This document shows positions 48,201-56,738 of a stretch of DNA of 56,738 bases, piece by piece (within the stretch, counting starts at the first letter, position 1; every line of letters starts with the position of its first letter). This DNA is from Planctomycetota bacterium (GTDB lineage Bacteria > Planctomycetota > Planctomycetia > Pirellulales > Lacipirellulaceae), in contig JBCCXZ010000018.1 of assembly GCA_039190745.1 (NCBI GenBank), positions 1 to 56,738 on the forward strand, in the 5' to 3' direction. The notes under the pieces were generated by a model, which saw only the letters and a list, made by a program, of their open reading frames with translations, did not search any database and had not been told where the DNA came from. The translations under genes and the position numbers were made by a program.

Positions 48201-51026
48201 TTCTTCCGCAGCAATACGGCGGAAGAGGGGGGCGGGATCGCCGCGAACCTCTCCACCAGCACGCTGCGGATCGATTCGAGCACCATTGTTGGCAATGACG
48301 CACTCGGTAGGGGCGGCGGTCTGTTTGCATCCGGCGGTCCGGCTGATGAAACGGTGGTGCTCACCGGCAGCTCGGTCAACAACAACAACGCGGAGGAGGG
48401 CGGGGGCGTCTGGATCGAGGGCGGGCTCGCCGTCGAAGGCTCGGATATCCAATCCAACGACGCTCTGCAAGACGCCGGCGGGGTGTTCGCGGAGAGCCTT
48501 TGGATGACCGACAGCACCCTGGCGGAAAACACGGCTGCAGAGGGCTTCGGCGGCGGGCTCCGATTAGGGCCGGGAGCGGCTGCCATCACGGGCAGTACCA
48601 TCGAGGCAAATCACGCGCTGAGAGGCGGCGGAGTGTACGCCAATGGCGGCCAGACCCTGATGATCGAGGAGAGCTTGGTTTCGGAGAACACAGCCGAAGA
48701 CGGCGGCGGCTTGTATGTGTTTTTCACCGACACGCTCATATCAGGCAGCACATTCACCGAGAACACCGCAACCAACCGCGGAGGAGGCACGTACTTTTTG
48801 ACGCCCGGCGGCGCGTCGGACGAGATCGTTAATAGCACCTTCTCGGCCAACCACGCCGACCACCTCGGAGGGGGCATCTATGCTATCGGCCGTGGGCTGG
48901 CGGAACTCGCCATCCGTCACACTACGGTCTACGGCAACACAGCGGGCCAAGAAGACTTGGAGGCGGCTGGGTCCGGCGCTGGGGTCTTCATCCAAAACAT
49001 TGAGGGCGAGTTGGATCATTCGATAGTCTTCGAGAACTCGCTCATCGACGGCGCCCAAGAAGACATCGCCGAAGTCGGGGGCGAGTTCCTCGTCGAGTCG
49101 AGCCTCATCGGCACGATTCAGCCCGGGACGCAAGCGACGCTGAACGACTCGCTGCTCGGAATCGACCCTCTGCTGGGCCCGCTGCAGAACAACGGCGGTC
49201 CGACACCCACCCACGTCCCGTCGCTGAACAGCCCCGTGATCGACGCGGGGGATCTGTTGCTCGTAGCCGGCGTGGACGGCGTGCCGGAGTTCGATCAGCG
49301 GGGCGAGCCTTTCGACCGCGTCAGCGGGCAGGCCATCGACATCGGTGCCGTGGAGGTGCAGCAGATTACGCTGCAGGCGGTCCAGGCAGCGCAGAGGCAG
49401 CAGACGCAAGGCGGGCAGGGCGACAGCGATGGTACGACGGCGCTGGCCGCGGCCCTAGCGTTGGTCGCCCCGACGATCGAAGACGACGTTCCCACGGTCG
49501 TGGTAACTACGACCGAAGACGTGGTCGACTTCAACGATGGCGTCACCTCGCTTCGGGAAGCGGTGTTCGCGGCCAACACCGTGCCGGGCCCTCAGAAGAT
49601 TGAGTTTGTGTTCCCCTTCCTCGATCCGCTGGGTCAGGCCACCCTGGTGCTCACCGAGGGCGAGCTGGTGGTGACGGACTCGGTGATCATCGACGGCGGA
49701 TCGGCGGAGCTGGTGACGATCGACGCCAGCGGCAACGACCCCACGCCCGACGAAGACAATCGCGACGGCAGCCGTGTGATGCGGGTCGAGTCGCTGGGCT
49801 TGGACCCGATCGACGTAACGCTCCGCGGGCTGACGCTCACCGGGGGCGACACCAATAGCGTGGGCGGGGCGGTCTTCTCCACCAGCAACCTGCTGCTCGA
49901 CGGCGTCGCGGTCGAAGATAACCGGGCCGTTCAAGGCGGCGGAATCTACAGCAGCCCTGTGAACGGGGCGTTCGGCCTGAAGATTGTCGACTCGACGCTC
50001 TCCGGAAACAGGGCAACCGGCGGTGGCCGCACGGGCGCTGACGGAGGCGCAGTCTTAGTGCGGGGGGGATTGCACGTAGAGGACTCCCTCTTCTCTGAAA
50101 ACCGTGCCTGGAACGGGGCCGGCGTGGCCGCCCAAGACCACGAGGTGACGATCTCCGGTTCAACCTTCGTCGGGAACCAAGCGACGGGTAGCGGCGGCGG
50201 GCTGCACTTCTTTCAGACCCGGGAAGAGAGCCTCATCGAAAATAGTACGTTCTCGGGGAACGAAGCCCTGCGGGGCGGCGGCATGTACGCCCTCAGCCGC
50301 AGCGCGGCCCCGATTGTCGTGCGGCACAGCACGTTCACGGAGAACCGGCTGCTGCCGCTGGCCGGCGGCGTGCCGGAGAGCGAGTACTTCGATGGCGGCG
50401 GCGTCTACTTCCGCAACCTGCGGGGCGAGTTCACGCTCGACCATACGATCGTGGCCGGCAACTTCAACGGGAACGGCCAAGCGGACGACTTCCTGATCAG
50501 TTCCAGCTTCTCTCAACCGCTTGCCGAGGTCGAGTCGAGCCTCATCGGGGTGATCGCCCCCGGCACGCAGGCGGTGCTGAACAACACGCAGCTGGGCGTG
50601 GGTGCGCTGCTCGGCCCGTCGCAAGACAACGGCGGTCCGACGCCGACGCACGCGCTGCTGCCCGGGAGCTTCGCGATCGATGCCGGGGATGCGTCACTCG
50701 TGGCGGGGGTGGACGGCGTGCCGGAGTTCGACCAGCGGGGCGAGTCGTTCGACCGCGTCAGCGGGCCGGCGATCGACATCGGCGCCTTTGAGGTGCAGCA
50801 GATCGCGCAGCTGGAGGGCCAGCAGCAGCAGAACCAACAAATGCAGGGACAACAGCGTGACGACGAGCGTGAGCCGGACGACGACGATCGGCTCGCCGTG
50901 ATCGACGAGGCCTTCGTCTCGGCGTTGGCCGCCGCGGTCGAGGAGCAGAACGAGTCGGGGCCGCAACGGCCTGAAGGCGAAGACTCGGCGGAGCTTGATC
51001 GGGCGTTCGCCCAGTGGGTCTCCTAG
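45285..51026 (+). CDS. Giant secreted modular beta-helix protein: 3 x [SLREA head + GG repeats + choice-of-anchor-Q-like tail], with a dockerin-like domain after module 1
   Basis: RRLRHEPLEKRDLLA, three SLREA and three [10 protein letters not shown] motifs, three D(A)GD...GVPxFDQRG...IDIGAxEVQ tails, ADFDGDGDVDGRDF, and the ending ELDRAFAQWVS. Confidence 0.92.
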   Translation: MPRNRRLKKLANRKRSQKSRRARRLRHEPLEKRDLLAVVTVDTVLDVVDINDGVTSLREAIFATNTVPGADEIVFDFGFDGPATIVLTEGELSITDSLTITGDGPELLTIDASGNDPTPDVDNGDGSRVFSVRDFDSSNTLEVTIQGVTLTGGDAAGDGGAILSSEALTIVDSVITENHAALSGGGVSSSTFTGDLVISGSIISDNSTGVGNGGGLSAGRLVMEDSQVTGNVTDFSGGGIALAGREATIRNSQITGNETIRGAGGGISLTSSRGGTPSLLLTGSVVSDNTAAAEGGGIRSSYSGGLTIRESHIARNYAGDLGGGLAAFSSAVLVVDSSFDSNVTERQGGGIASYTSGNFERPFEIINSTIARNRAEVNGGGVYVEARGLVDFAMRHSTVVNNEVDLDLGELSALLGGGIVAADTEVVLDHTIVFDNSVFGGASDLTAFEGSFTVESSAIGAIAPGTQAFLNNTQLGIDPLLSGPLGGVGPTLVYELQPGSPAIDAGDPAVMAGMDGVPAFDQRGPFFFRQQSVIDIGAFEVQPEVLGEVSADFDGDGDVDGRDFLILQRNLGATGLGEDSLAFGDADGDGDVDHNDRLAWEFLFGEGEIDGGVFEAALAIEAEEPPPVVFVDTDLDVVDFDDGGLSLREAVFVTNIVSGLQEIQFAFDVDGPVSIVLTEGELQIKDSLIITGDSADLLTIDASGNDPTPEENNSDGSRVLNINDGSFPENSRVAITGVTITGGDSGSGAGIFSTEELYLERVVVTDNHGGAGARSQGGGINSNNSLTVVDSVVSNNSVGGRGGGIFSSGDLLSISETDITGNTGSDGGGVAVVVLGGFVEILGGSISENTATADGGGVSVFGRSSSNVEADQVLVIDGTRLEDNTAGGNGGAVSLEANHFRAGYTLHGINASGNEAEQLGGGMAIVGENGEVLIEESFFSLNTSGGGGGGLAIFQESSSDPDRSLDVAIDGSFFRSNTAEEGGGIAANLSTSTLRIDSSTIVGNDALGRGGGLFASGGPADETVVLTGSSVNNNNAEEGGGVWIEGGLAVEGSDIQSNDALQDAGGVFAESLWMTDSTLAENTAAEGFGGGLRLGPGAAAITGSTIEANHALRGGGVYANGGQTLMIEESLVSENTAEDGGGLYVFFTDTLISGSTFTENTATNRGGGTYFLTPGGASDEIVNSTFSANHADHLGGGIYAIGRGLAELAIRHTTVYGNTAGQEDLEAAGSGAGVFIQNIEGELDHSIVFENSLIDGAQEDIAEVGGEFLVESSLIGTIQPGTQATLNDSLLGIDPLLGPLQNNGGPTPTHVPSLNSPVIDAGDLLLVAGVDGVPEFDQRGEPFDRVSGQAIDIGAVEVQQITLQAVQAAQRQQTQGGQGDSDGTTALAAALALVAPTIEDDVPTVVVTTTEDVVDFNDGVTSLREAVFAANTVPGPQKIEFVFPFLDPLGQATLVLTEGELVVTDSVIIDGGSAELVTIDASGNDPTPDEDNRDGSRVMRVESLGLDPIDVTLRGLTLTGGDTNSVGGAVFSTSNLLLDGVAVEDNRAVQGGGIYSSPVNGAFGLKIVDSTLSGNRATGGGRTGADGGAVLVRGGLHVEDSLFSENRAWNGAGVAAQDHEVTISGSTFVGNQATGSGGGLHFFQTREESLIENSTFSGNEALRGGGMYALSRSAAPIVVRHSTFTENRLLPLAGGVPESEYFDGGGVYFRNLRGEFTLDHTIVAGNFNGNGQADDFLISSSFSQPLAEVESSLIGVIAPGTQAVLNNTQLGVGALLGPSQDNGGPTPTHALLPGSFAIDAGDASLVAGVDGVPEFDQRGESFDRVSGPAIDIGAFEVQQIAQLEGQQQQNQQMQGQQRDDEREPDDDDRLAVIDEAFVSALAAAVEEQNESGPQRPEGEDSAELDRAFAQWVS

Positions 51027-51323
51027 TACGGCATACGGAACAACCAAGACGAGGCACGCCGTGATTCCACGGTTTTCTCCATACGCCGTCGCGTGGGTGG
51101 CAGCGCTGCTGCTGCAGCGCGCGGCGCCCGCACGATCGGCCCGGCGAGGCCCCTGCGCCCGCGGGCCAGGGCAGGGGTCCGCCGGCGACGCTGCCGGCCT
51201 TGGTCATCCAATTGCCACTAGCGAACTATTCATTCCCAGGCCGCGATTATTCATCCGCGCGGCTTCATCTGATTCTTCTATTTCGATTATCGTTGGCTTA
51301 TCCCGCTATCGGAGGCACGGAAC

Positions 51324-54300
51324 ATGCTTCGCAACCACAAGAGCCGGACCCGCCCGGGTCGGGCCGCTGCTGCTCTGAATCGCAGCCCTCGCTGCGAACA
51401 ACTCGAAGACCGCCGCGTGCTGGCGGCGATCGTCGTCGACACAACGCTGGACGTGGTCGACTTGGCCGACGGCGTCACCTCGCTGCGCGAGGCGATCTTT
51501 GCTGCGAACACGGTGCCGGGGCATCAGGAGATCGCATTCGACTTCGGCTTTAACGGCCCGGCGACGATTTTGCTGACCGAGGGCGAGCTGAGTGTTACCG
51601 ATTCGGTGACCATCACCGGCGACGGGCCGGAGTTGTTGACGATTGACGCGAGCGGGAATGACCCGACGCCGGACGAAGACAATGGGGACGGGAGCCGGGT
51701 GTTCGCAGTTAGCAACTTCTCTCTTGATGATGTCTTCGAAGCTACACTCCGTGGGTTGACACTTACAGGCGGAGACTCTGACCGACATGGCGGTGCGATC
51801 CTGAATGTGGAGGACCTTACGCTTGAAGATACCGTCGTGACCGGAAACCACGCACGACTCTTCGGTGGGGGTATCTATAGCGGCGGGGTTCCTCGAGGAC
51901 CAAGCTACATTTCACTTACGATTAGAGATTCTGTAATCTCGGCGAACCATAATGATGGAGATGGCGGCGGAGGACTCGCTGCACATCAACTCCTGATCGA
52001 GCGCAGCGAGATCACGGCTAACCGTACTTCAGGATTCGGCGGAGGCCTATGGATCAGAAGCACAGCTACAATCCTCGAAAGCACGATCTCTTCCAATGAA
52101 GCGGAGAATCAGGGAGGAGGCTTCGCTGTGACAGGGATGGCGACGATTGTCGATAGTCACATCAATGACAATACAGCGCATGGACTCGGAGGCGGTGTTT
52201 GGCTACTTGGCACAGCAGACATCATCGATAGCAACGTAAAAGGCAACGTCTCATTGGACTCAAGCGGTGGAGGAATAGCACTCTCAAGCGGCCGACGAGG
52301 TGCATCTCTGCTCTCCATCAAGGGCTCAGCTTTATCGAACAACATCGCGAGTGACAATGGCGGCGGGATCTATAGCGAAGGCAGTCGATTTACAATTGAG
52401 TCGTCCACTATCACATCCAACACCTCAGGTGGCTCTGGCGGAGGCATCTTGCTAGATGCGTCTTCTGGTAGAGCAGTAATCGCCGATTCCACAATCGCTT
52501 CGAATGTAGCAACGAATGCTGGCGGAGGGCTTTACGTAGATCACCGCAGCTATGGCAGCGAGACCACCGTTCTGAACTCTACGGTGAGCGGCAACAGCGC
52601 TGCCTTCGGTGGAGGCATCTTTCTGGAAGGGAGGGACGATTCCCCGCTTGAGATTCAGAACTCGACGATTGCTTACAACCGAGCTACTACAACCTTTACT
52701 TCAGGGGGTGGCGGGATATCGGTCGATCGCGGAGTAGCAAAACTGAATGACTCGATTGTCTCCAACAACCGCTCTGGAGGTACGATCAACGATCTAGGAA
52801 TCACAGATTCCACTAACTCGCTTGCGTTCGAGGCAAGCTACAGCCTCATCGGCGCGATCGCCCTCGAGACGCCGGCGATCCTGAACAACACCCTCCTGGG
52901 CTTCGACCCCCTGCTCGGCCCGCTCGAGGACAACGGCGGGCCGACGCCGACGCACGCATTGCTGCCGGGGAGCCCGGCGATTGATGCGGGGGACCCGTCG
53001 GCCGTCGCCGGCATGGACGAGGTGCCGGAATTCGATCAGCGAGGACCCGGTTTCGCGCGCGTGGCCGGGGCGGCGATCGATATCGGGGCGTTCGAGGTGC
53101 AGACCCAACCGCCGGGGATGTCGGCCATCGTCGACGACACGGACGGTGACGGGGACAACGACATCGCCGATCTGCTCGCGGCGCAGCGGGGAGTCGTCGC
53201 GGCGACACCGACCGTCGAGCAGTCCGTGGCACTCTCAACAGCGTCGGCGGTCGAAGAGGATTCCGGGCCGATTGTTGTCAGCACGAACGTCGATGGGGTG
53301 GATATCGAAGACGACTTTGTATCCCTTCGGGAGGCGATCTTCGCGGCGAACATCGTGTCGGGGCATCAGGAGATTGTGTTCCGTTTCCAAAACCCACTGG
53401 TAGATCCTGTGACGTTCCTGCTCACCGAGGGGGAACTACGAATCAGCGATTCGCTTACGATCACCGGCCCGGGGGGCGGAGTTGCTTTCGATCGACGCAT
53501 CGGGGAACGACCCGACGCCGGACTCGACCTTCGACGACGAGGACGACACGAACGACGGCGACGGCACCAGTGTTCTAGCGTTCGCAAGGTCTTCGAATAA
53601 CGAGGAGCTGAGCTCGACTCTGCAAGGTGTGACCATCACCGGAGGTGACAGTCCGTCTTTTGGTGGTGGAATCTCGAACTTGCACGACTTAGTGCTGAAA
53701 GACGTAGCAATTGTTGGAAACCACAGCAGGAATGGAGGCGGAGGAGTCTTCTCGGCCTTCGATAGAACCCTGACGGCTCAGGACTCGATCGTTGCTTACA
53801 ACACAACAGGGAGCGTTGCAGGCGGAATGCTCGCAAGCTGGCTGTTGATGGAAAGGTCCCAGGTCAGCGAGAACTACTCGCGTCTAGCTGGCGGCGGAAT
53901 CTACCTCTCTGCCTCTGGTGACTTCGGTCAAGCCGAGATACTTGACAGCCGCATAGTCAACAACACCGCGGGAGGGAACGGAGGAGGTATCCTCAGCGAG
54001 GTTAATCGTTCTCTCGAAACGACCCTGCTACTGAGCGGTTCGCTCGTGGGGGGCAACTCGTCAGGGTCTCGCGGCGGAGGCATTCTCGCTTCGGGTGTGA
54101 CCTTGCTAGAGTCGGACGTAACGAGCAATACGGCCTCTTCCGACGGGGGAGGAATCTATCTCGAAGACGGTTCTCTTGAGGTTGTTCGATCGAGCATTAA
54201 TGGAAACTCCTCCGAGCGGTTCGGCGGAGGAATCGCGCTTGGTGGCGGACGAGGACCGACCCACTCTGTCAGGTCGATTGAGTCGTTGATCACTGACAAC

Positions 54301-55401
54301 TCGTCGGCTCGCGACGGGGGCGGAATCTACAGCAGCTTCCAAGTTGTCGAGCTCTACTCAACTCTTGTAGCCAACAACAGGACCGCTGGCGACGGGGGCG
54401 GTGTATTCAGCTCGGGGCCTCTCTTGGTTGAGTCGTCGACGATAGCTTCGAATGAGGCTTCATCTAATGGCGGGGGGCTATTCGTAGCTCTCGACACAAC
54501 AGGGAGAGCAGAGATCTCAAACAGCACGATTTCTGGCAACTCCACCAGCGGGCAAGGTAGCGCTCTGTACTTACAAGCTTTTCGCAACGCCGAACTCCTA
54601 GTTCGACACGCGACAGTTTCTCAGATCGATGCGCAAGAGGATAAAGACTCTGCAACGAACACAATCTGGGTGCAAGAAGGTAGCGTTCGTCTGGACGATG
54701 CCATTGTCTTTGGCAATCAGGCGGGCGCGACGGGCTACGACTTGGGTGGAGCGTTCGCTGAGAGTGAGGCATCCTTCCGGATCAACGATAGCCTTGTCGG
54801 GACGATCCTGCCGGGAACACTGGCTACGCTCAACAACACACTGCTCGGCTTCGACCCGTTCCTGGGTCCGCTGCAGGACAACGGAGGCCCGACGCCGACG
54901 CACGCTCTGCTGCCGGGGAGCCCGGCGATTGATGCGGGGGACCCTTCGGCCTTGGCCGGCGTCGACGGAGTGCCGGAGTTCGATCAGCGTGGGCCGGGCT
55001 TCACGCGGGTGGCCGGGGCGGCGATCGATATCGGGGCCTTCGAGGTGCAGACCCAGCCGCCGGGGATGTCGGCGGTAGTCGACGATATGGACGGCGACGG
55101 GGATTACGATATCGCCGACCTGCTCGCGGCGCAGCGGGGCGTTGTACCGGCGGCACAGGCGTTGTCGGTCGACTTCGACCTGCCGGTGGACGGGCCGGAA
55201 CGGGCCGAGCGGGATGCGTTGTTTGCAACAGCGCCGCTTGGCCCGGTGCGCCCGCAGCCGGCGCTGTTCGATACGCCCGTTGTCTCTGTGGCGGCGGTGG
55301 CCGATGGGCTCGTTGAGCTGCTCGCGCAGGTTGACGACGAACGAGAGCCAGAGGACGAAGAGGCCCGCGAGTTGGACGAAGTGTTCGCCGAGTGGGTCTG
55401 A
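51324..55401 (+). CDS. Giant secreted modular beta-helix protein (2 modules) split by a +1 frameshift at the G6 run 53471-53476
   Basis: ORFs 51324-53600 and 53482-55401 join as ...[17 protein letters not shown]... when one G is removed (1358 aa). [11 protein letters not shown]-motif, ending [10 protein letters not shown]. Confidence 0.88.
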
Positions 55402-55513
55402 CCGCGGCGGATTCAGGCCGGCTGCACTTTCCGTTCGGCAAGGCCCGCGCCGTCTGCTAGAGTCGTCGCAACGCCGGTTGCCTGCTGGCGGCGGCTCTTT
55501 CGGCGGAGAACAG

Positions 55514-56413
55514 ATGGCGGGAACCAACGGCTCGACGGGCGGCGGCGGGGCCGTGCTGGTGACGGGGTGCTCTTCGGGCATCGGCCGGGCGGTGGCGCTC
55601 GGGCTCGCCGCGCGGGGGTACCGGGTGTTCGCCGGCGTGCGGTGTGCGGAGGTCGGCGCGGGACTAGACTCGTCCGGCTCGGGCCAGATCCAGCACCTGC
55701 TGCTCGACGTGACCGACGACGGCCAACTAGAGAGCGCGGTCCACACGGTCCACGAGGCCGCGGGCGGGGCGCTGTTGGCGCTGGTGAATAACGCTGGGGT
55801 GGGCCTGCCGGCGGCGGTCGAGCTTTCTAGCCCCGACGAGGTCCGTCGACTGCTGGAAGTGAACACGCTCGGGCCGCTGCGGCTGACGCAGGCGTGCCTG
55901 CCGATGCTGCGGGAGGGGGTGCGGCGGCATGGGCGTGGGCGGGTGGTAAACGTGAGTTCGCTGAACGGCACGCTCGCGCTGCCGATGGTGGGGGCGTACT
56001 CGGCGAGCAAGTTCGCGCTCGAAGCGCTGACTGACACGATGCGGGTGGAACTGCGGCCCTGGGGGATCCGTCTGTCAACGGTCCGGCCCGGCCAGGTGAG
56101 GACGCCCATCTTCGACAAGGCCAGGAAAGAGCTGGCCGAACAGCAGAGCCAGATACCCGACCACCTGCGGGACGGGTACGCGGAGCTGTACCGGCGGGCC
56201 GGGCGGTTCAACGAACGGGGCGGCGAGTCGGCGACCAAGCCCGAGCACGTGGCAGAGGCCGTGCGGCGGGCGCTCGAGGCCCGGTGGCCGAGGCCTTACT
56301 ACACGGTGGGTTGGGACGCCCGGGGCCTGCAGTGGCTGCGGGCCGGGGCGGGGCCGCGGATGTTCGACCGCATCATGGCCCGGGTGATGGGCACGCTGAA
56401 GCGGGTGGACTGA
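55514..56413 (+). CDS. Short-chain dehydrogenase/reductase (SDR)
   Basis: VLVTGCSSGIG, LVNNAG, VVNVSS and YSASK catalytic motif. Start placed at ATG 55514. Confidence 0.95.
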   Translation: MAGTNGSTGGGGAVLVTGCSSGIGRAVALGLAARGYRVFAGVRCAEVGAGLDSSGSGQIQHLLLDVTDDGQLESAVHTVHEAAGGALLALVNNAGVGLPAAVELSSPDEVRRLLEVNTLGPLRLTQACLPMLREGVRRHGRGRVVNVSSLNGTLALPMVGAYSASKFALEALTDTMRVELRPWGIRLSTVRPGQVRTPIFDKARKELAEQQSQIPDHLRDGYAELYRRAGRFNERGGESATKPEHVAEAVRRALEARWPRPYYTVGWDARGLQWLRAGAGPRMFDRIMARVMGTLKRVD

Positions 56414-56527
56414 GTTGCGGGCCTCCTGGGGATTGCCGGCGGGGGGTTGCTCGCGTCGGCCCAATCGCTTAATTTACGAGGCTCGGGCGACAGAACCGTT
56501 CGCCCCCAGAGCGGAGTGCCTTGCGAC

Positions 56528-56738
56528 ATGACCATTGATAAATCTCTCAAAGTAAAGCGCGGCGGAACGGGCAACCGCAGCGTGCTGACCCGCGTGGAGC
56601 GGCTTGAGAAGCTGCGCGAGGCGGACCGCTGGCAGGAGGGTGATTCGCCCCTGGGCCTGCCGAAGGTGCGTGTGCGCAAGCTGCAGATGAAGAAGAAAAA
56701 GAAGAAAGCCAAGGAAGACGAGGACGAGTCGACCGAGA
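56528..56738 (+). CDS. PVC-superphylum small basic protein (TIGR04137-type), running off the window end
   Basis: Manual translation gives MTIDKSLKVKRGGTGNRSVLTRVERLEKLREADRWQEGDSPLGLPKVRVRKLQMKKKKKK. It is absent from the ORF track because there is no stop in the window. Confidence 0.88.
   Translation, partial: MTIDKSLKVKRGGTGNRSVLTRVERLEKLREADRWQEGDSPLGLPKVRVRKLQMKKKKKKAKEDEDESTE

Noticed and set aside
54598..56238. 546-aa minus-strand ORF and the many other long shadow ORFs
   Set aside because: These are antisense or alternate frames of well-supported genes, expected in high-GC DNA, and carry no motifs.

Overview
High-GC bacterial chromosome segment, almost certainly a planctomycete. The evidence is a PVC-signature small basic protein, an fhcD/ftr C1-transfer gene, four PEP-CTERM proteins and four proteins with the planctomycete 'LE-x-R-x-L-(L/T/A)' N-terminal motif. 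The left third is mostly housekeeping: lepA, ROK kinase, S1 protein, fhcD, globin, mutY, pntAA/AB/B, M32 peptidase and a bshB1-like deacetylase. The rest is rich in surface and secreted proteins: three giant modular beta-helix proteins built from seven related modules, a vanadium-haloperoxidase-type enzyme, an ECF/anti-sigma pair, an LRR protein, TIGR03032 and DUF1460. The most notable observations are (i) modules with conserved high-GC ends and divergent, often low-GC cores, (ii) recurrent 12-18 bp tandem duplications of gene 3' ends that include the stop codon, and (iii) two +1 G-homopolymer frameshifts. I recognised no tRNA, rRNA, CRISPR, integrase, transposase or reverse transcriptase. Family names come from motif recognition by eye, not database searches.
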